From NCBI GenBank assembly GCA_037379345.1, contig CM074519.1, positions 33,940,103 through 34,004,102 on the forward strand: a stretch of 64,000 nt of DNA. Reading direction: 5' to 3'. Source of the DNA: Perna viridis (taxonomy: Eukaryota). Below are positions 32,717-47,700 of this stretch, piece by piece. A program made the translations under genes and the position numbers. Within the stretch, counting starts at the first letter, position 1. Each line of letters begins with the position of its first letter. The notes below the pieces were generated by a model. The model searched no databases. It had not been told where the DNA came from and was given only the letters and a program-made list of their open reading frames with translations.

Positions 32717-35700
32717 CTGAAATAGAATGAGTCAAAATTATTGCTTAAGTATACCAATGGAATTACACCTATAAATGGTCATTTGTTGTTTACATGCTAG
32801 TGACATAAAAGTATGTGTTTTTGCACTAATTAGTGGTAATTTTGAATTTGAAGCATAGTCATATAATTTTCAATTCTTGGCATTTTTAAGGTGGATCTGT
32901 ACTAAGAGTTATATTTAAAGTGTTGTTTCTTTCTTGACAGATCACTGCTAAGGTTGTTTTATTCACACTTGAAGATTTGTTTGTAATTATTGAATAATAA
33001 TGATAATCATGATAATCTTTATGTACCCTGGCATGCACTGCTTTGAACTTCCAGCCAACTTGATTTGATATAAGGGCTATAATTAGCATGTGGATACATT
33101 AAAGTTATCAACTACATGTAAATATATCACACACACTCTTCAAAATTATACTTACACATATTGAGGGTATAACAACCTCTCTGCTAATGCTGCCATTTTA
33201 GAGAATAATTCTGCATTTAAATCCTCCCCTTCTTTTAATTCCAATAATTCACATATGTACATATAATGTTCATGATTCAGGGTGTCTACTAACACATTTT
33301 TTAATGCCTTTTCAAGTTCCTAAAATGAAATATATATGGTATGTCTGTTAGTATTCTTTTTTATTTGTACACATGCAGCAGTTGATAGAATAAACAGTTA
33401 TAACCATTACCAAATTTATATTGGCATATTGTATAGTAAATAATGTTTGTTCCTGGACATGTTTTAGGGGTTTCATAAGAACTGAAATATCACTAAAAAC
33501 AATTTCATCCATTTCCCATTTTAGAGGAGATATGATGGTTACACATGTTATGGATAATCCTATTAATTTTAATTTCAACATGTATTTCTGACTTATCTTC
33601 CCTTGGGTATTTCATTCCTTCTAGTTTATTGAAGATTCTTCTTTTGTCATAATACACATAATTTTTCTGGTACATTATTTTTCATTTTAAAAATGCATAC
33701 TATATAGGTAACGTTTTCTAAAAAATGTTTTTTTTTCTCAACAGAAGAAAAATTGTAGTTTTTCCTGTAAAATACTTAATCATTTATCAGCAATTTGCAG
33801 TCAGTCACACACAAAGTTAAAAAAAGTCATTGAATGTTACCATCTTTACAATATGTAATTACCTTATATGGCATCGGTTTTGTACCAGACCCAACCGTCT
33901 GTCTGTAAACATTATCGTAAAGAGTTTGCCTTCTCTTTGTGATCTTACAGTAGTTTATTATATATTCCTTTGGAGTCATTGCTATAAAAAAGTATTATTG
34001 TACATGTTTAAACTTTAATTCGTGTTATATTTTTTAACCACCCGATAAAGCTAGTTGGTAGTGGAAAGACACATACTGTTCTTCAATTATTCAGAGATCT
34101 ATATCTTAATATGTTATTCCAACTGTAAACAACTGAATATAATTGATAATGCAAGAAAACGGAAAGGATGTGTTTTCAAATTATATACCTTGGTTATTGA
34201 CAAAGGTGAAAAGTGGATTTTTGAAATGTAAACACCTACGAACTGACAAACATGATTACTACTCAACACCTACGAACTGAAAAACATGATTACTGCTCAA
34301 CACCTACGAACTGAAAAACATGATTACTGCTCAACACCTACTCTCAAGTTCCTTCATGTCAATTGGCAGTGTGAACCTGCTGGATTGCTGTGACAGGGCT
34401 AGCCTTCCTGTAACCTTCTGTGGTCTGTTGGTGTGTTTCTGTAATAAATAACAACGATGTTACAAGTATTCGAGGTTATTTTTTTATTAAAACAAAAAAA
34501 AAAACTGAAGTTTAGCTAAAAATTATGACATGCTGGTTGACTTCCTTTGAATTATTAGTTTTTCATTTTGTATCTGATTAAATATGGTTGAATAACTACG
34601 CTTTTTATTGTTTTTTTTATTAGTTTGGAGGAGACAGGACATTTGCTTCACATTTCATGTCTTTACAGTTTATGACCAAAAATATTCAGTACACAAAGAC
34701 CTACCCTAGGTGGTTCCTCTTGAGTCGTCATATCTGATACCATCAACTCAAACTTCTTCAAATGCTCAGTCAATGTATCATTAAACAGAGTCTGAAATTG
34801 ATGAATGGGGGATTCTTGTTTTATTCCAAAAACATAATTTATTATCAAATACTTGTAATTGTTCAGTCTTAGATTGTGTAGGATAGAATAAACCTGAAAA
34901 GATCTGTTTAACAGTTACAGAATCATTCCAATCAAGAGTAGAACAGGATTTTGCTGCTAACTTCTACTGTAACAAGACAGTGAATGCTCACAAGAAGTCA
35001 TATGTGTAAAATTTATTTTAAGTCGATAAGTCCTTTTTAAATATTAAAAAAAACATTGCAATTACAAGACAAATTTTCACACATTACATTAAAACTAACA
35101 CTCAAATTTTATGTATGTCAACAATTATATTTTTACTGTTACATAAATTCAGTATTGAAAACTTACATCATCTTCAACTTTATTGCGTTCAGGTTTACTT
35201 ATGGCAAATTTTTCTGGTTTCCCTTTCTCTTTCTTGGTTTTCGGCGTCGATTCTTTAAATTCTGGTAAGGCTGGCTCTGGCAAGTTTACTTTGATTTCTG
35301 GTTCTTTTCTGTAAAATAAAAGTTTAATAATTATTTTTGAAAGTCCAACAGGTATTTGATGTTAGCTAGTGATATATACTGTTTTGTAAATTGATAGGAC
35401 TTCTAATAGTATAACTGAATCAGAATAGGTTACAATACAAGGATTTTTATAGTACTTTATAACAAAAATCTGTAATGGAGATTAACCGATTCTCCTCCAT
35501 ATTTTGTGTTTTACCGACCTCTTCATTGGACTGTAGTATTATGGTTGTACGAATCCATAAGTACTACACATGAAAATCACACCTAATCAATAAGTTCGTT
35601 TGCTTAGTAGCATACATATGATTCCCGTATGAAGCCAGTCACATTGATTAAAGAATAAATCATGTATAAGCCATTTTATAATTATACTATTCCGTACCAA

Positions 35701-38700
35701 TAAATCGAGCAATAATGATTTTTATTCGCGCGCTTCATTTATATTTGAACTGGAGCTGGTTTGTATTATACAATGATGCACACAGTCTTGAAGTATTTTA
35801 AATCTATACGCCCCATTTTACTCTACGATACAATAAGTACTGACTCACTGAGGGGTCTTTAAACGTCCTTGACTACCCTGTCGGATCTCGTACGAACAGT
35901 ACAATAAGTATGTGTCTGTTAATGAAATGTGTGAAGTACCAATGCAACACTCACATAGAAAGAGGTTTGCACCACTTCTAAAATGAATTGACTAGAGAAT
36001 ACTTCTACTTATTCTAAACTTGTTCCCTTCTCAAAGTAGTAAAGCGTGTTCAAGTCAATACATTTATTGCAGTTAAATGTGTCAATACTTGCAATAATCT
36101 GTCACAATCGAATTTATAACTCATAAAATACTGCTGCGTCAACCGTTTAAATTTCGCTTCAAGTGCATTTAAATTTTCTGTGTAAAGATTTTAACGTTTT
36201 ATAATGGCAGTGAAAAGTTAATGCAGGTGAAATGTAAAATTTATTCTATCTTACCATTTCGCAAAGGTTAGCGTGTATATAAAAGCTGAGTAAAGAATAT
36301 ACCTTGATTTTATAATATGCTGAAATTATATGAAAACGACTTATACCATCGTCTAGGGTGTCAACTTTATAAGTATTAAGTACGTTTCAAAAGAATATGA
36401 ATGACATGCGGTTTACCTTCCATTCTGAATAAAACACATTTAAAGTCGGGGTACTTGATCGTTAACTTCTATGCAGAATATTTTTTTTGTGCTCTTTTAA
36501 ACCGTTGGTAAAACTCATTGTAATTTTAGAAATTGTCGTGTCGTTAATATGACGAATTGCATGTACATTTAATTTATTAAAAAATTGTTTGGTAAATCAG
36601 GCAAAAAGAATATGGTTTTCCTTATCTGAAAACGTTTCTTTCAAAATTCAGTTCACTAAAATTTTAAATAATTCTATCATTTTAAAATGATAGCATCACG
36701 TTATAAAACAAATCGACAGATTTGAAAAATTAAAGGACAAACCCTTGCCGCTTGTTACCAGAGGTTTATGGGTTATATTATCAAATTGAAGAAAACATAA
36801 TCCAAGGAATCTAACAACATGCCAAGAGATATGGTTTTAACGATCTGGAACCCTTAAACCGACCGCGGATCTGTGGATAACACAAATTCTAGAGAAAAAA
36901 AATCCAAAAATATATGTGCCAAAAAATACGTTGAAAAGAACTTACTAATAGTAGTTAATATATTTAATATGAAGCAAACTGCACCAGTTCCGTATATGAA
37001 CAGTTTCATTAGAATTAGCCTTCTGGTGAATATCTATCTCAGTTTATGAAATGCAAGATCGAGGACAGTGTCGAAAGTTTACTTCACTCTGTTTCTCTAA
37101 TCATACAACAAAACAAAGGGGAAAATGCATTGTGTAGCAATACAAATTAACACTATTTCCTTTCATATATTTTCTGTTTAAACAAGCTCACTAAAGAAAT
37201 ACAAATAATGATCACATTCCTTTAATTCATACAATAATAAAAGTTATAACATACCTAAATATTAGGATAATTTCCAATTAACTTTACTTCAAGCAAATGA
37301 AATCAAATTTTACAAATAAGAGAGGCGCAATGAGGGTAAAGCACCAGAAAGTTAGTTGAAGTAAGCGTGTCAATCGTCAAAACTTCCCATACTTATCATT
37401 TATGAATTCTAATAAACAAGATTTAGTTTATTTGAATTTCGGATCAAACAGACCCATAGGAAGGTTATCTGATAAATCAATATCGATTTGTAAAATTTTA
37501 AAGGTATTTGAAGAAATAAAATCTTGTAACATTAAAGTTAGCTTTACAAAGAGCCCCAGTTTATCCCCATGATGTCTCTATTCGTCAACGAATTTGTTCA
37601 TTTTTTTCAGTTATCTACTCTAAATGTAAACATATAAATTCCTTGTTTCAGGGTGTATTTTAACGGTTTAAAGACAAAGCATAAAATACATTCTTAAAGT
37701 ATTTGTACATTTTATAGCCGGTGTACAACAATTATATACATTCGTTAACATTGTTTCTCACCAATATTATTATAAGAAGACAGACCAACCACCTCATTGT
37801 TTAGAAGTTAAATTTGCAACGTCTCCACCATAGTCAGTCAGATTTAGTAGATATTTGGTGGAATAAAACCGATTAATATTATTGACATAGAAAGTATATT
37901 GTATTTAGGTTTTTGCTCTTGATAGCTTTTTTTTGGTAATGATGTTGACGCTGCGAGAACGCCGTCATTAAGGAATACAGAACCTAAATGTTCAATGCAA
38001 CATATGGTTAAAATATTAATATCATACCAATTTAATCTTGTTTAATTAAAAACATAGAAACAGACCCATAAGGACTCATCTACAATCACGTGATACCGAT
38101 ATTGCGAATAAACTAGAAAGATATAATGTTACCTTACTTTATCTAACACAGAGAACGGTTTTTTTTTATCAAACCCATGTCCTTAATAGCGAATAAAAGT
38201 AATATTTATAAATGGTTAGCTTTCCGTGACAATCATGGAAAGTTTCTCCGTGTCACGAAGTTAACAACTGGTTTTAGGAATAAGTGTTTGTTGCCGCTGT
38301 TAACACACAAACGCATCATATACCCTACCTATCTAATCAATTATCCAAAAATAATGTCGTTATGCAGAGGATAAACTTCCACTGATTTTCCCCGTGTGTG
38401 GAATTTACCTGAATTAATAATATCATTATGAATCATACGTGACCCCTTGATTCCCTTTGTATTATTTTCATTACTTTCTGCATGTCATTTGAGTTATCGA
38501 GGTAGTTAAAACTACCGTCATTTTTACTTTATAATTCTTCATTGTTCACAATCGAACTTGTTGAATGCCAAAGTGCATAAATTGGTAGGTCATTAAGCGA
38601 CCATTTCCATTTTCGGAAATTCCAAAAAGAGCGAGTCCTTACTTACCATTAGTGTATGCACTTATACTCTTGTTCCTTATTAAACTGAAACTATATCCTG

Positions 38701-41700
38701 ATTTTGAAATACTCAACACGTCTTAAACACACCACAAGAACTTTCAAATGCAAATTCTAACAAATTAAGGCTGTAAACATTTGCCGATTCCCATGAATAT
38801 AGTAACTATTGTATGCCAGTAGTAAACTTTCTAATTTGTCAATATTGACATAATTAATTTGTAACTGAAGTATCTCATTCAGCTATAGATTAACAAAGAC
38901 TAGTGTTAGCTGATACATAAGTGGTTTCTCTTATGCTTTAAATGGTTAATAGTTAAAATATTGAATGTCATTCTAGGCATAATAGATATTTGTTATTGCA
39001 TAGTTATTGCTGGAATAATGACTACATATATGTTTTATATAATGTACCACTATACAAAGTATTTGTATTTAGAAACATCACTCCAAAGCTTCAAAGACAA
39101 GATTTCCACTTGCATTTGGGACTAAGTATTGCATCTTAACATCTTTCGACTAAATAAAGAATGTTAATTTTTGATATGGTTATACGAAATAACCTGGTTT
39201 GCGGCAATTTACACTTATAAACACTGAAGTGGTCTATCAAAAAGTGTAAACTGGCCAAAACAAGGTTATTGAGTATAACATATTAAAACATTCGAAACAT
39301 TCCTCATAATTTTACTTCTAATGTTTGACAGGCCAAAAATTAAAATTCGTAATCAAAACGTTATTTCGTTTAGGATTATTTGAATCGCGGATTTATGATC
39401 AATCGACGTCAATGACATCATAGCACCAAGCCTAGTTATACAAAATAACATGGTATGCTGAAAGAGAACCAACCAATCAGAAATCTTGTCACAAATGAAA
39501 AAATGCATATGCATATGGAAAACAATGAAATAAAAGAGAATTCGTTGATATAAAACACAACTAAACCATGGAGGAGGGATGACGAACAAGTAACGAATAA
39601 CATAAAAGTACTACAAATTAAATCAAACACAGAAAGAAGAGTGAACAACAAGAAAAGATTAAAGTAAAAGCTTCATATTACTCACAAGGATTTCAACTAA
39701 AGCTAGCTCTAAATTTGTTAGCCAGTATGAAAAGATTTCATTTTTTTCCTAATACAAAATTTAAGAAAAAATTGAAAATTAGACTAAATACTACGTTAAA
39801 AGAAAGATTGGATTCTGATAAACTACTTCATGAACAAGCAGAAATGTTATACAAACGCAAGCAATATCAATCGGAGATTTGAAGGGTTTCAAATTATAGA
39901 ATGACAACTGTCATGCTTTTGTGTAAAAACTGTTTCTCATTATATACAGTTGCTAATAAAGAACTTACAAGTTTACCGATTATAATCCAGCCTCAGTTTC
40001 TATATCCACAAATATTTAAAGTCTATCCAAGGAGGATATGATTGCAACTTTAAAATGACATATGACTTTCTTTAATTGGAGTTCGTCCAAAACGAATATA
40101 TTTACCTTCACTTTTATTTAGCTGTTGTATTCTTTTCGTGACACTAGATATGTCCTTTTTCGCTTTAAGATAGTATTCTTTTTTTAACCTGAAGAACTAC
40201 CGAACCGTATATGTAAAATTCAATTTGTTAATTGTAATATTTCTAAAGGTGCAAGTTTTATTTGAATAATTCATTTAGAACTATTGGAAGGTTTAAATTG
40301 AGTAAGAAAGTGGTAACTAGGTGATTATGTAGTTACGGTAAATATATCTTTCTAATAAGAACTCCTGTGTATTCCTACTTGTCTGCCATACTTTAACATG
40401 TCACTGTGAAAACTCAATTTTCTTTATAAATGTCTTTAAATACAAGGTGTTTGATGTCAGTTTTAACATATCTGTCAACATAACAATATAAAGAAGCCGA
40501 AATTTTAAATGACGTTGTTTAAATTAAGATTTTATGCGTATTTGAACTGTCAGAATATATTCGAAATTTCAGTTCGAATTTCGAGCAGTCAGGATTAACG
40601 AGTATCTATAAGCAAAATAACGTCCTTTCGTTATCGAAATTGGATGGCTTCCTTTAACGTTCATTGTATTGTTCATGCGCCAGAACAAATTTCGTACCTG
40701 TTCCATAGATGTGACGTCATTTCACATTTTTTTTTCAGTCAAGGCGTTATCTGTAGTAACTATTTCAGTTTAAATTTATGTTAACCAGAAAACAGCAATA
40801 ACACCTCGAAACAGTAAAATTATCTTCAATACTTCTGCGAACAAGCTTCAAGTAAGTCATTACAACAAGAATATTTCTGATTCTGCTTCTTCGAGAAAAT
40901 CAGCTTCTATTTCATCTAGAATCGTTTGATTAAGGGAAATAACCAAAACAAGATTTCAAGTAGTGATCGATATGAAATATCGACAAAAATAAATACCAAT
41001 GCATTTGAACGGAAAATTCAAAGAGTAATCAAGGGACCCAAGGTTATAACGGTAATCAGAAGAATGTAATCCAGGGACAAAGACCAGACATGGAAAACAG
41101 ACATGCACAACAAAGAACATAGAGTAACTAAAGTAAAAAATACAAAGTAACAAAAGCAAATGAGCAAATCGGACTCCACTAAAACTGGGAGCATGGACCA
41201 GGTGCACCGGTAGGTAAAAAAACGTGAAAACAGACAATAGAGAAAATCAATATATGCGATGTAGATTACAGAATAAAATAAACTGACATGTAAAATCTGA
41301 AGACGAGAAAATACAAAGCTGAAACACTTGAAAACTTGAAAATAAACTCAACAAAACCCGGGCAAGACATTATGACATAATGTCCTGCTCCGCCAACTAC
41401 ACCCATAACAACGCAAGTTAGTAGAATCAAGTAAGCGTCAAGGTTGGTGGATTGTCAATCCGGAAAGTCATAAAATCTAATTAAAATGTCTTGTTTTATC
41501 TATAATATGTAAACTTCACATTGATCAGTCGATGGCAATTATACGTTTATAGTGATGATTGCGACAAAGGCAAAACGTATTTCTGTTTTAACACCTTATT
41601 TGACAGTATCCTATTCCTACTCAAAAGGGTTGTAAAAATTACAGGCACGACAGCAACGCAATATTAAGAATAGTAGCAAGTCTACAAAATCAAAGATAAA

Positions 41701-44700
41701 AAACAAAGCGGGAAATAAAACAACATATACACGAGTCAAAAAGTCGACATGTAAAAGCTCAATTTACTTACTTTTCCTCAACAACAGGAGCAGGGGGTGG
41801 TGGTGTTGGCTCCCTCGGTGGGATTTCTTCGGGGGGTTTCTCCATCTCTTGTTTCTTCCTTCTAGAAAGAGGTTTCTTCTCTAATGTTTTCTTGGTTATA
41901 CATGATCGTTTTCTTTGTGGAGGTGGTGATGGTGGCTTTTCCGACTGTTTTGAAACAACGGGTTCCGGTGAAGGAGGAGGTTGTGTAGGAGAATATGTAA
42001 GATGGTTGTCCTGGTTTTCACCCGATGTGTCAGTCGTGTCAATTGGAATTGTCAATATATTTTTCTGTAAGCAATACAAATTGCATTAGTCTTAGACATA
42101 ATGAAAGACGTTCTTATTTGGTTTGTATGACATGTTATTGTTAGAATCAAGAAACTGAAAATTAAACGATGTGTGTCTACTATGTACTTAAGTAGCGGTC
42201 TTTTTAAAAATCAGATAAGAGGTGATTCGTGCATGTCGAAAACCCACCGAATTCAGTTCAATTTCTTATTCAGAATAATTTACAGACCACACAACCAGTG
42301 ATAGTTTTTCATTTGGGTGTTGCGCTTTTGAGATAAAATTTATAAATATTATAGGTGAAATTGTATTCTTTCTCGATTTGGTTCCATTTTGTTGCTTTCA
42401 GTGGGTGATGAATGTACGATTTTCTAAAAGGTGCAGATCTGAATGGAAAAATGATTATTATTATGTGAAAGTATAGCATATGTAGACTGAAAAAACATCG
42501 TTTGTTTGGTAGGTTTCTCTTCACCATGAACCACTTTACCATTAGCAGTGTCGAATTTTACGTGGACTGGTACTAAAATACAATACATAGCTCAAGATTT
42601 CGAACTAAATTATCATTACATGGTCAACTGGGGTACCAAGTATTGTGTATTGGTCGTTTCGATGTACTTCACTTTGACTTCAAGGTTAAAATTTGAAAGA
42701 AATCAGCATACTAAACAGTAATAGAACACATTGATAATGAGATAATAATTGTTTTGTTTTTGTTTGTTTTTCTTTTCGTTGTTTTTTTTTTCTAACAAAA
42801 ATACACACATTTATTAAAAATTCCTGCAATATATAAAAATCCCCTTATAGCTAATGATAATGAGTTGATTAACCTGGACAAACGTGCTACTACACACGCA
42901 AACCACAGTGGAGTGGATATTTTTAGTAAACATCAGGGGCGTTATACGCATATTATATGCAAAGGGTACAGCTTACTATAGTAGAATTCGGTAAAATAAA
43001 AAAAATGTGATTTATTTCTATCATTCTTTTATGTAAAACAATCTGTTATATTAAAAAAAAATCTACACTTTTCATTTTTAAAGACTTTCTATAACGTCAC
43101 TAATATGCAAAATCGAACTTTACAGTGTGGTACTCTGAATAATTGAACATGATAGGAATACGCACATTTTATACAAAGGGTACTTCTTATTATAATTTAA
43201 TTCGATAAAATAAAACTATGAGATTTTTTTTATCGTCCTTATTTATAAAACAAACCAGAATATTGATGAAACTTCTACAGCTTTTCATTTATATAGACTT
43301 TATCTGTATTGTAACTAAGATGCAAAATCGAATTTTACAATTTAGTTCGTTAAATAATTGAACATGACAGGAATATAAAAAAGCAGTTAAACCAGATTCA
43401 ATTAATTAAAACAATTACTAAACTTATCAACATTCTGATCAACTTACTGTTCACTTTATGTGATATATGTTCCCATTAGTGTCTATTCCCCATCATTCCA
43501 TCCTTATACTTTGAATAAAATTAGTTATTTTCATGGAAATTTCTATTGATGCCTAGACAAGATATTTAAATATTGATGGTAAAAGCCCACAAAGCGGATG
43601 ATGGAACTCCCATCGATGCATACCTAGCTCAGTTAGATCAATTAGAACCCCCTTTTATGTCTGTCAATATCAATAATGTGCTTAATCAATACAATGTAAT
43701 TATCACAGGCTTTGTTTGCATTCTAGGACAAAGGAATTAAATCTGATGGGTAGTAGGTCCACTTTAATAGAAACTCTCAAATTAAGTTTTTTTTTTAATT
43801 TTCAATTATGTGTCTTAAATTTAAAATTCAACCAATTCGATTGCTTGATATAAAAGACTTGAGGAAAACTAAAGGTTTCAAGGCTAAATTTCGTTATATG
43901 TCATTTTATTTCTTTTGGACATTGCATAAAATTCACAGAGAACAGCAAAATACTTCGACAATAAAAATGATTATCAGGGATATAAACTCAACAAAGAGAC
44001 ATACATATGTTACGAAATGTTGTAGTGACCTTATATCCTATATATTGGAGAATTAGAATAGACAAGATGAAATCAATTCCCATAGCTTTCATTGAGTCCA
44101 AGAACAGATTTTCTTCATCACTGGTCGTGGTTTAATGAAAACTCATATGAATGTGAGCTTCTCTCTGCATTTGCGGTCAGTTTTCACGTGAAACATAATT
44201 TATCGTAACATTGTTTGTTTTCGTAATTCAATGGCATTTCGGACCGAAATTTCTTTTACGACACTTTGAAATTTCAACCAAAATAAGGTGATTGTTTCCT
44301 CATAAACCTCCTAACTTTGCATCATTGTATAATTATTAATTGTATGAGCCGATACTATCTAACAACATAAAATTTCATCAGTATTGCCTAGAAGTGTTAT
44401 CATACGGAAGTCCACTTTGACGATTTTACGTTGTTAAAGCTTGTTATAGATTTACAAACAGTTCGACAATACATTTAACACGAGAACTGTGCAGAAGGTT
44501 GCTACTATATTCGATTGATTACAATCGTACTGTTGTATCATACTGTCGATATAAAATGCACTTAACAATACTTCAGACTTATGCAACGCAATTTATTGAG
44601 AAGGTTATCGCGAATACTATAAAAAAAAAAAAGAGTATTCTTTATGTGTAAATCTATGGTCGACATAAAGTATTAGGTTTTCAGTATTGATACATTTAGA

Positions 44701-47700
44701 TCAATGCATAGCAAGGCGAATGACAATGGAAAGGCGGATCAATGATTGGATGATAAACCATTGCAATATTTACTTACATCTGGAAGTAAACGTACGGAAA
44801 ATTGTATGTCAAACCCCAGAATTAATAATTGTGGGGTAAAATAAAGGTAAACTCATTTTTGTAAATCAACAGAACAGCTCATATCAAATGCACAAATTAC
44901 ATTTGTTCATGCAATGCAAATCTGAAAATGTTGTTATTAATAATTTAGAATGTGATTAAGTAAAGAATTTCCAAAATTATACATGTATTCCAAAGGAGAT
45001 ATACAAAATTCACAAACAATGGAAAACCGTCGAATATACTATTGAATATGCAAATGCTAGTGCCACCAAAGTTTGACTTCCCCATATTTTAAAATTTAGT
45101 GTACTATTATAAAAGAATACCCAAAATAACAATCCTTTGATCTGGTACAAGGTTCTAGCAATGCGACAGCTAACTCGTAGTTACATTGTTGAACACACAG
45201 TTACTTATTATTGTACGCTAATATGCAAGTGGAAATTTTTTTTTTATAGATCAAACAGTCATAAAACAAGACAAACGTGTTTTTTTATATATACTTACGT
45301 CTTTGTTTTTCTTCTTTATGTCATCATCATCATCTAGCATTCCTTCAGAAATGAAAAAATAATGGAAATTAAAACCAATACGTTCAAGATTCTGAAATTT
45401 CTTATAGAAATCATTGTAATTATTAGGAAATGGGTCACTGAAATCCATTTACTAAGAAAATAAATTAAAGGCATTTTAATAAAAAAAAACTGAAGTTTTT
45501 ACCCAAACGATGATTGATGTTAATCGGAGCGTTTACCTCAATTAAAAGGCCAATTTAGGAATATAAAAGTTTATAATTGTATTTATCAATTAAAAGAAGG
45601 TATATATTCGTAACAAGAAAGAAAGAAAGTCTATTCGTAACAAGAAAGGTACTTTGATGAAAAGAAAAATTTATCCGACATATATTTGGTTTTTAAAAAG
45701 AGAATATGGGGTTTTACTGAAAGTAATAAACATAGTCAAAGTAAGAATGTAAAAAAATGTACAATTAACGATATTAAAGTACAAGTCCTATATTCAGTCA
45801 CTACCTATGGTAGAAGTGATTCATGGTGTATAAAAACCCACCGAACAAACGTTGCTTTTTACGATAAATGACATGACATATTTTTACGTATCGTCCTTTC
45901 GGTATTTAGATCTGTATTTGCAAAAATCATGCATCCATCTCACACTTAAATCGACAAATCTGACCAAATCAAGAAAGATGACTATTGCAAAATGTCAATT
46001 TCATACAAAATCTATATACAGTAATTTCTATCTCGAATGCGCAACTACCGAATGATAGATAAAGACTAGTTATTCAGTATGTGGTATGGAACTGTTTCTG
46101 AAATAGACGTAAAATCGGTGGATTTTTACCTGAGGTCTGATGTTTTTTTATTAAGACTGCTACTTAAAGCTCCTGCTTATATGTTTTATAGTAGTACGAT
46201 ATGTTCTTGTTTCAACATATTTATTACTCTGGATTTATAGAATATAAAATTACAAATAAATGTTTTCCATAGAAAGGAATTACTTTACAAAAAGTAGTAT
46301 ATTTCTAATACATATATACGAGTATAGTTCAAAACATATGCTATAATCATTTCTAAAATGGGTTTGAAACGCGAACATAATCAAACCATCACCAACGTTT
46401 GTATAAATATAAGTAAAGAGCATATTAGACTAAATAAAGCTGCAAAGCCATGATATAAATAAGAGGTAACCAATCACCCTTGCTGTAGAAGAAGAAACCC
46501 ATGAAGCTTAAAGCATGTATAGGATAATAATACCAAGTAAAAGACCGAATAGATTTAAATCATGGACATTTGTATAAGAAATGGAAGTTAATAAAAAATT
46601 GCGATTGTCTCCCTTTTAACTACAACTACCATATCTATGAATTAAGCCTTAAAAACATCAGTAGTATGTTTATCTAAATCAAACCTTTTATCTTTTGTTG
46701 CCTGATATATTTGTAAACCGTATCTGGATATAAATGCAATGTTGATGAGTGTGACTGTAATCAATCAAGTATTTGTAAAAATCCGGCAAAATGGGAAACA
46801 ATTAAAGAAAAAAACATGTACATCAAAAACCCCACTGATCTGACAATATAATATCACTCAAGGACTCTTCTTCTATTTGAAAAGACAATTTTTTAATCTC
46901 TACATTACTGGCTTTGCTCAACATTTTTTTCATTAGAATGTTAGAAAAATGAGGATTTTGATACTTATCTGCCCATGAATTGTTCATTTTTAGTGCACTC
47001 AAATGAAATTATTACTCAATGCACCAACATGATATGGAAAATATTGTCTTTTACCTTGATTCTGATGGTCATTGTTTTTCATTACATGTTTCACCTATCA
47101 CCTGATTCTAAAAGGAACTGGCACTTAATATTAAAATGAAGTTGATAATATAAGAGAAAGTTTTGGGGTTTTTTTTGCGCATACATCATTGAACTCAAAT
47201 TTGTATGATATTAGACGTTTTACATGCAGCAAGCCATTAGTCCATTTTAAAAAAAAAACACAAGAATGTTCCAAAAATAATACACAAACAGTTTATCAAA
47301 ACAAGCTATGCAATCGATATTAGCAACAATTTAAGCACTGTTTTGAAATCACTCATTTTTATAAATCACTCATGCCAAAAAATGTAATATATCGACATAT
47401 ACTCTTTAGGCCAGCATTTCATTTTTTAAATTTGGTTAAACGGCCATTAAAATATTATTTCGTTCAGTCAAAGGAAAATGTTTAAATCGCATTGTCCAAA
47501 AACACAACGGAAGTTTAACAAATGAATATTGAATAAAAATACTGATACTGACCAGTATCGTGACATAATTTTCAAATTTCTAGATCTTTCACAACAATTT
47601 GTGATTATGGATTATGGATTCTATAAGTGAACCCAAATAAAACCTAAGATCATGCTTCAAAACTTCAGACTAGCATTACGAAAGCAGCAGTTAATCAGCG

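Noticed and set aside
35849-35877. Extra exon or alternative start with GTGAGT donor on minus
   Set aside because: Phase 0 to 2 does not fit between exons 9 and 10, and no supported start or good acceptor was found.
47055-47107. Extra exon of the minus-strand gene
   Set aside because: Splice-like ends are present but there is a TGA stop in the required phase-1 frame.
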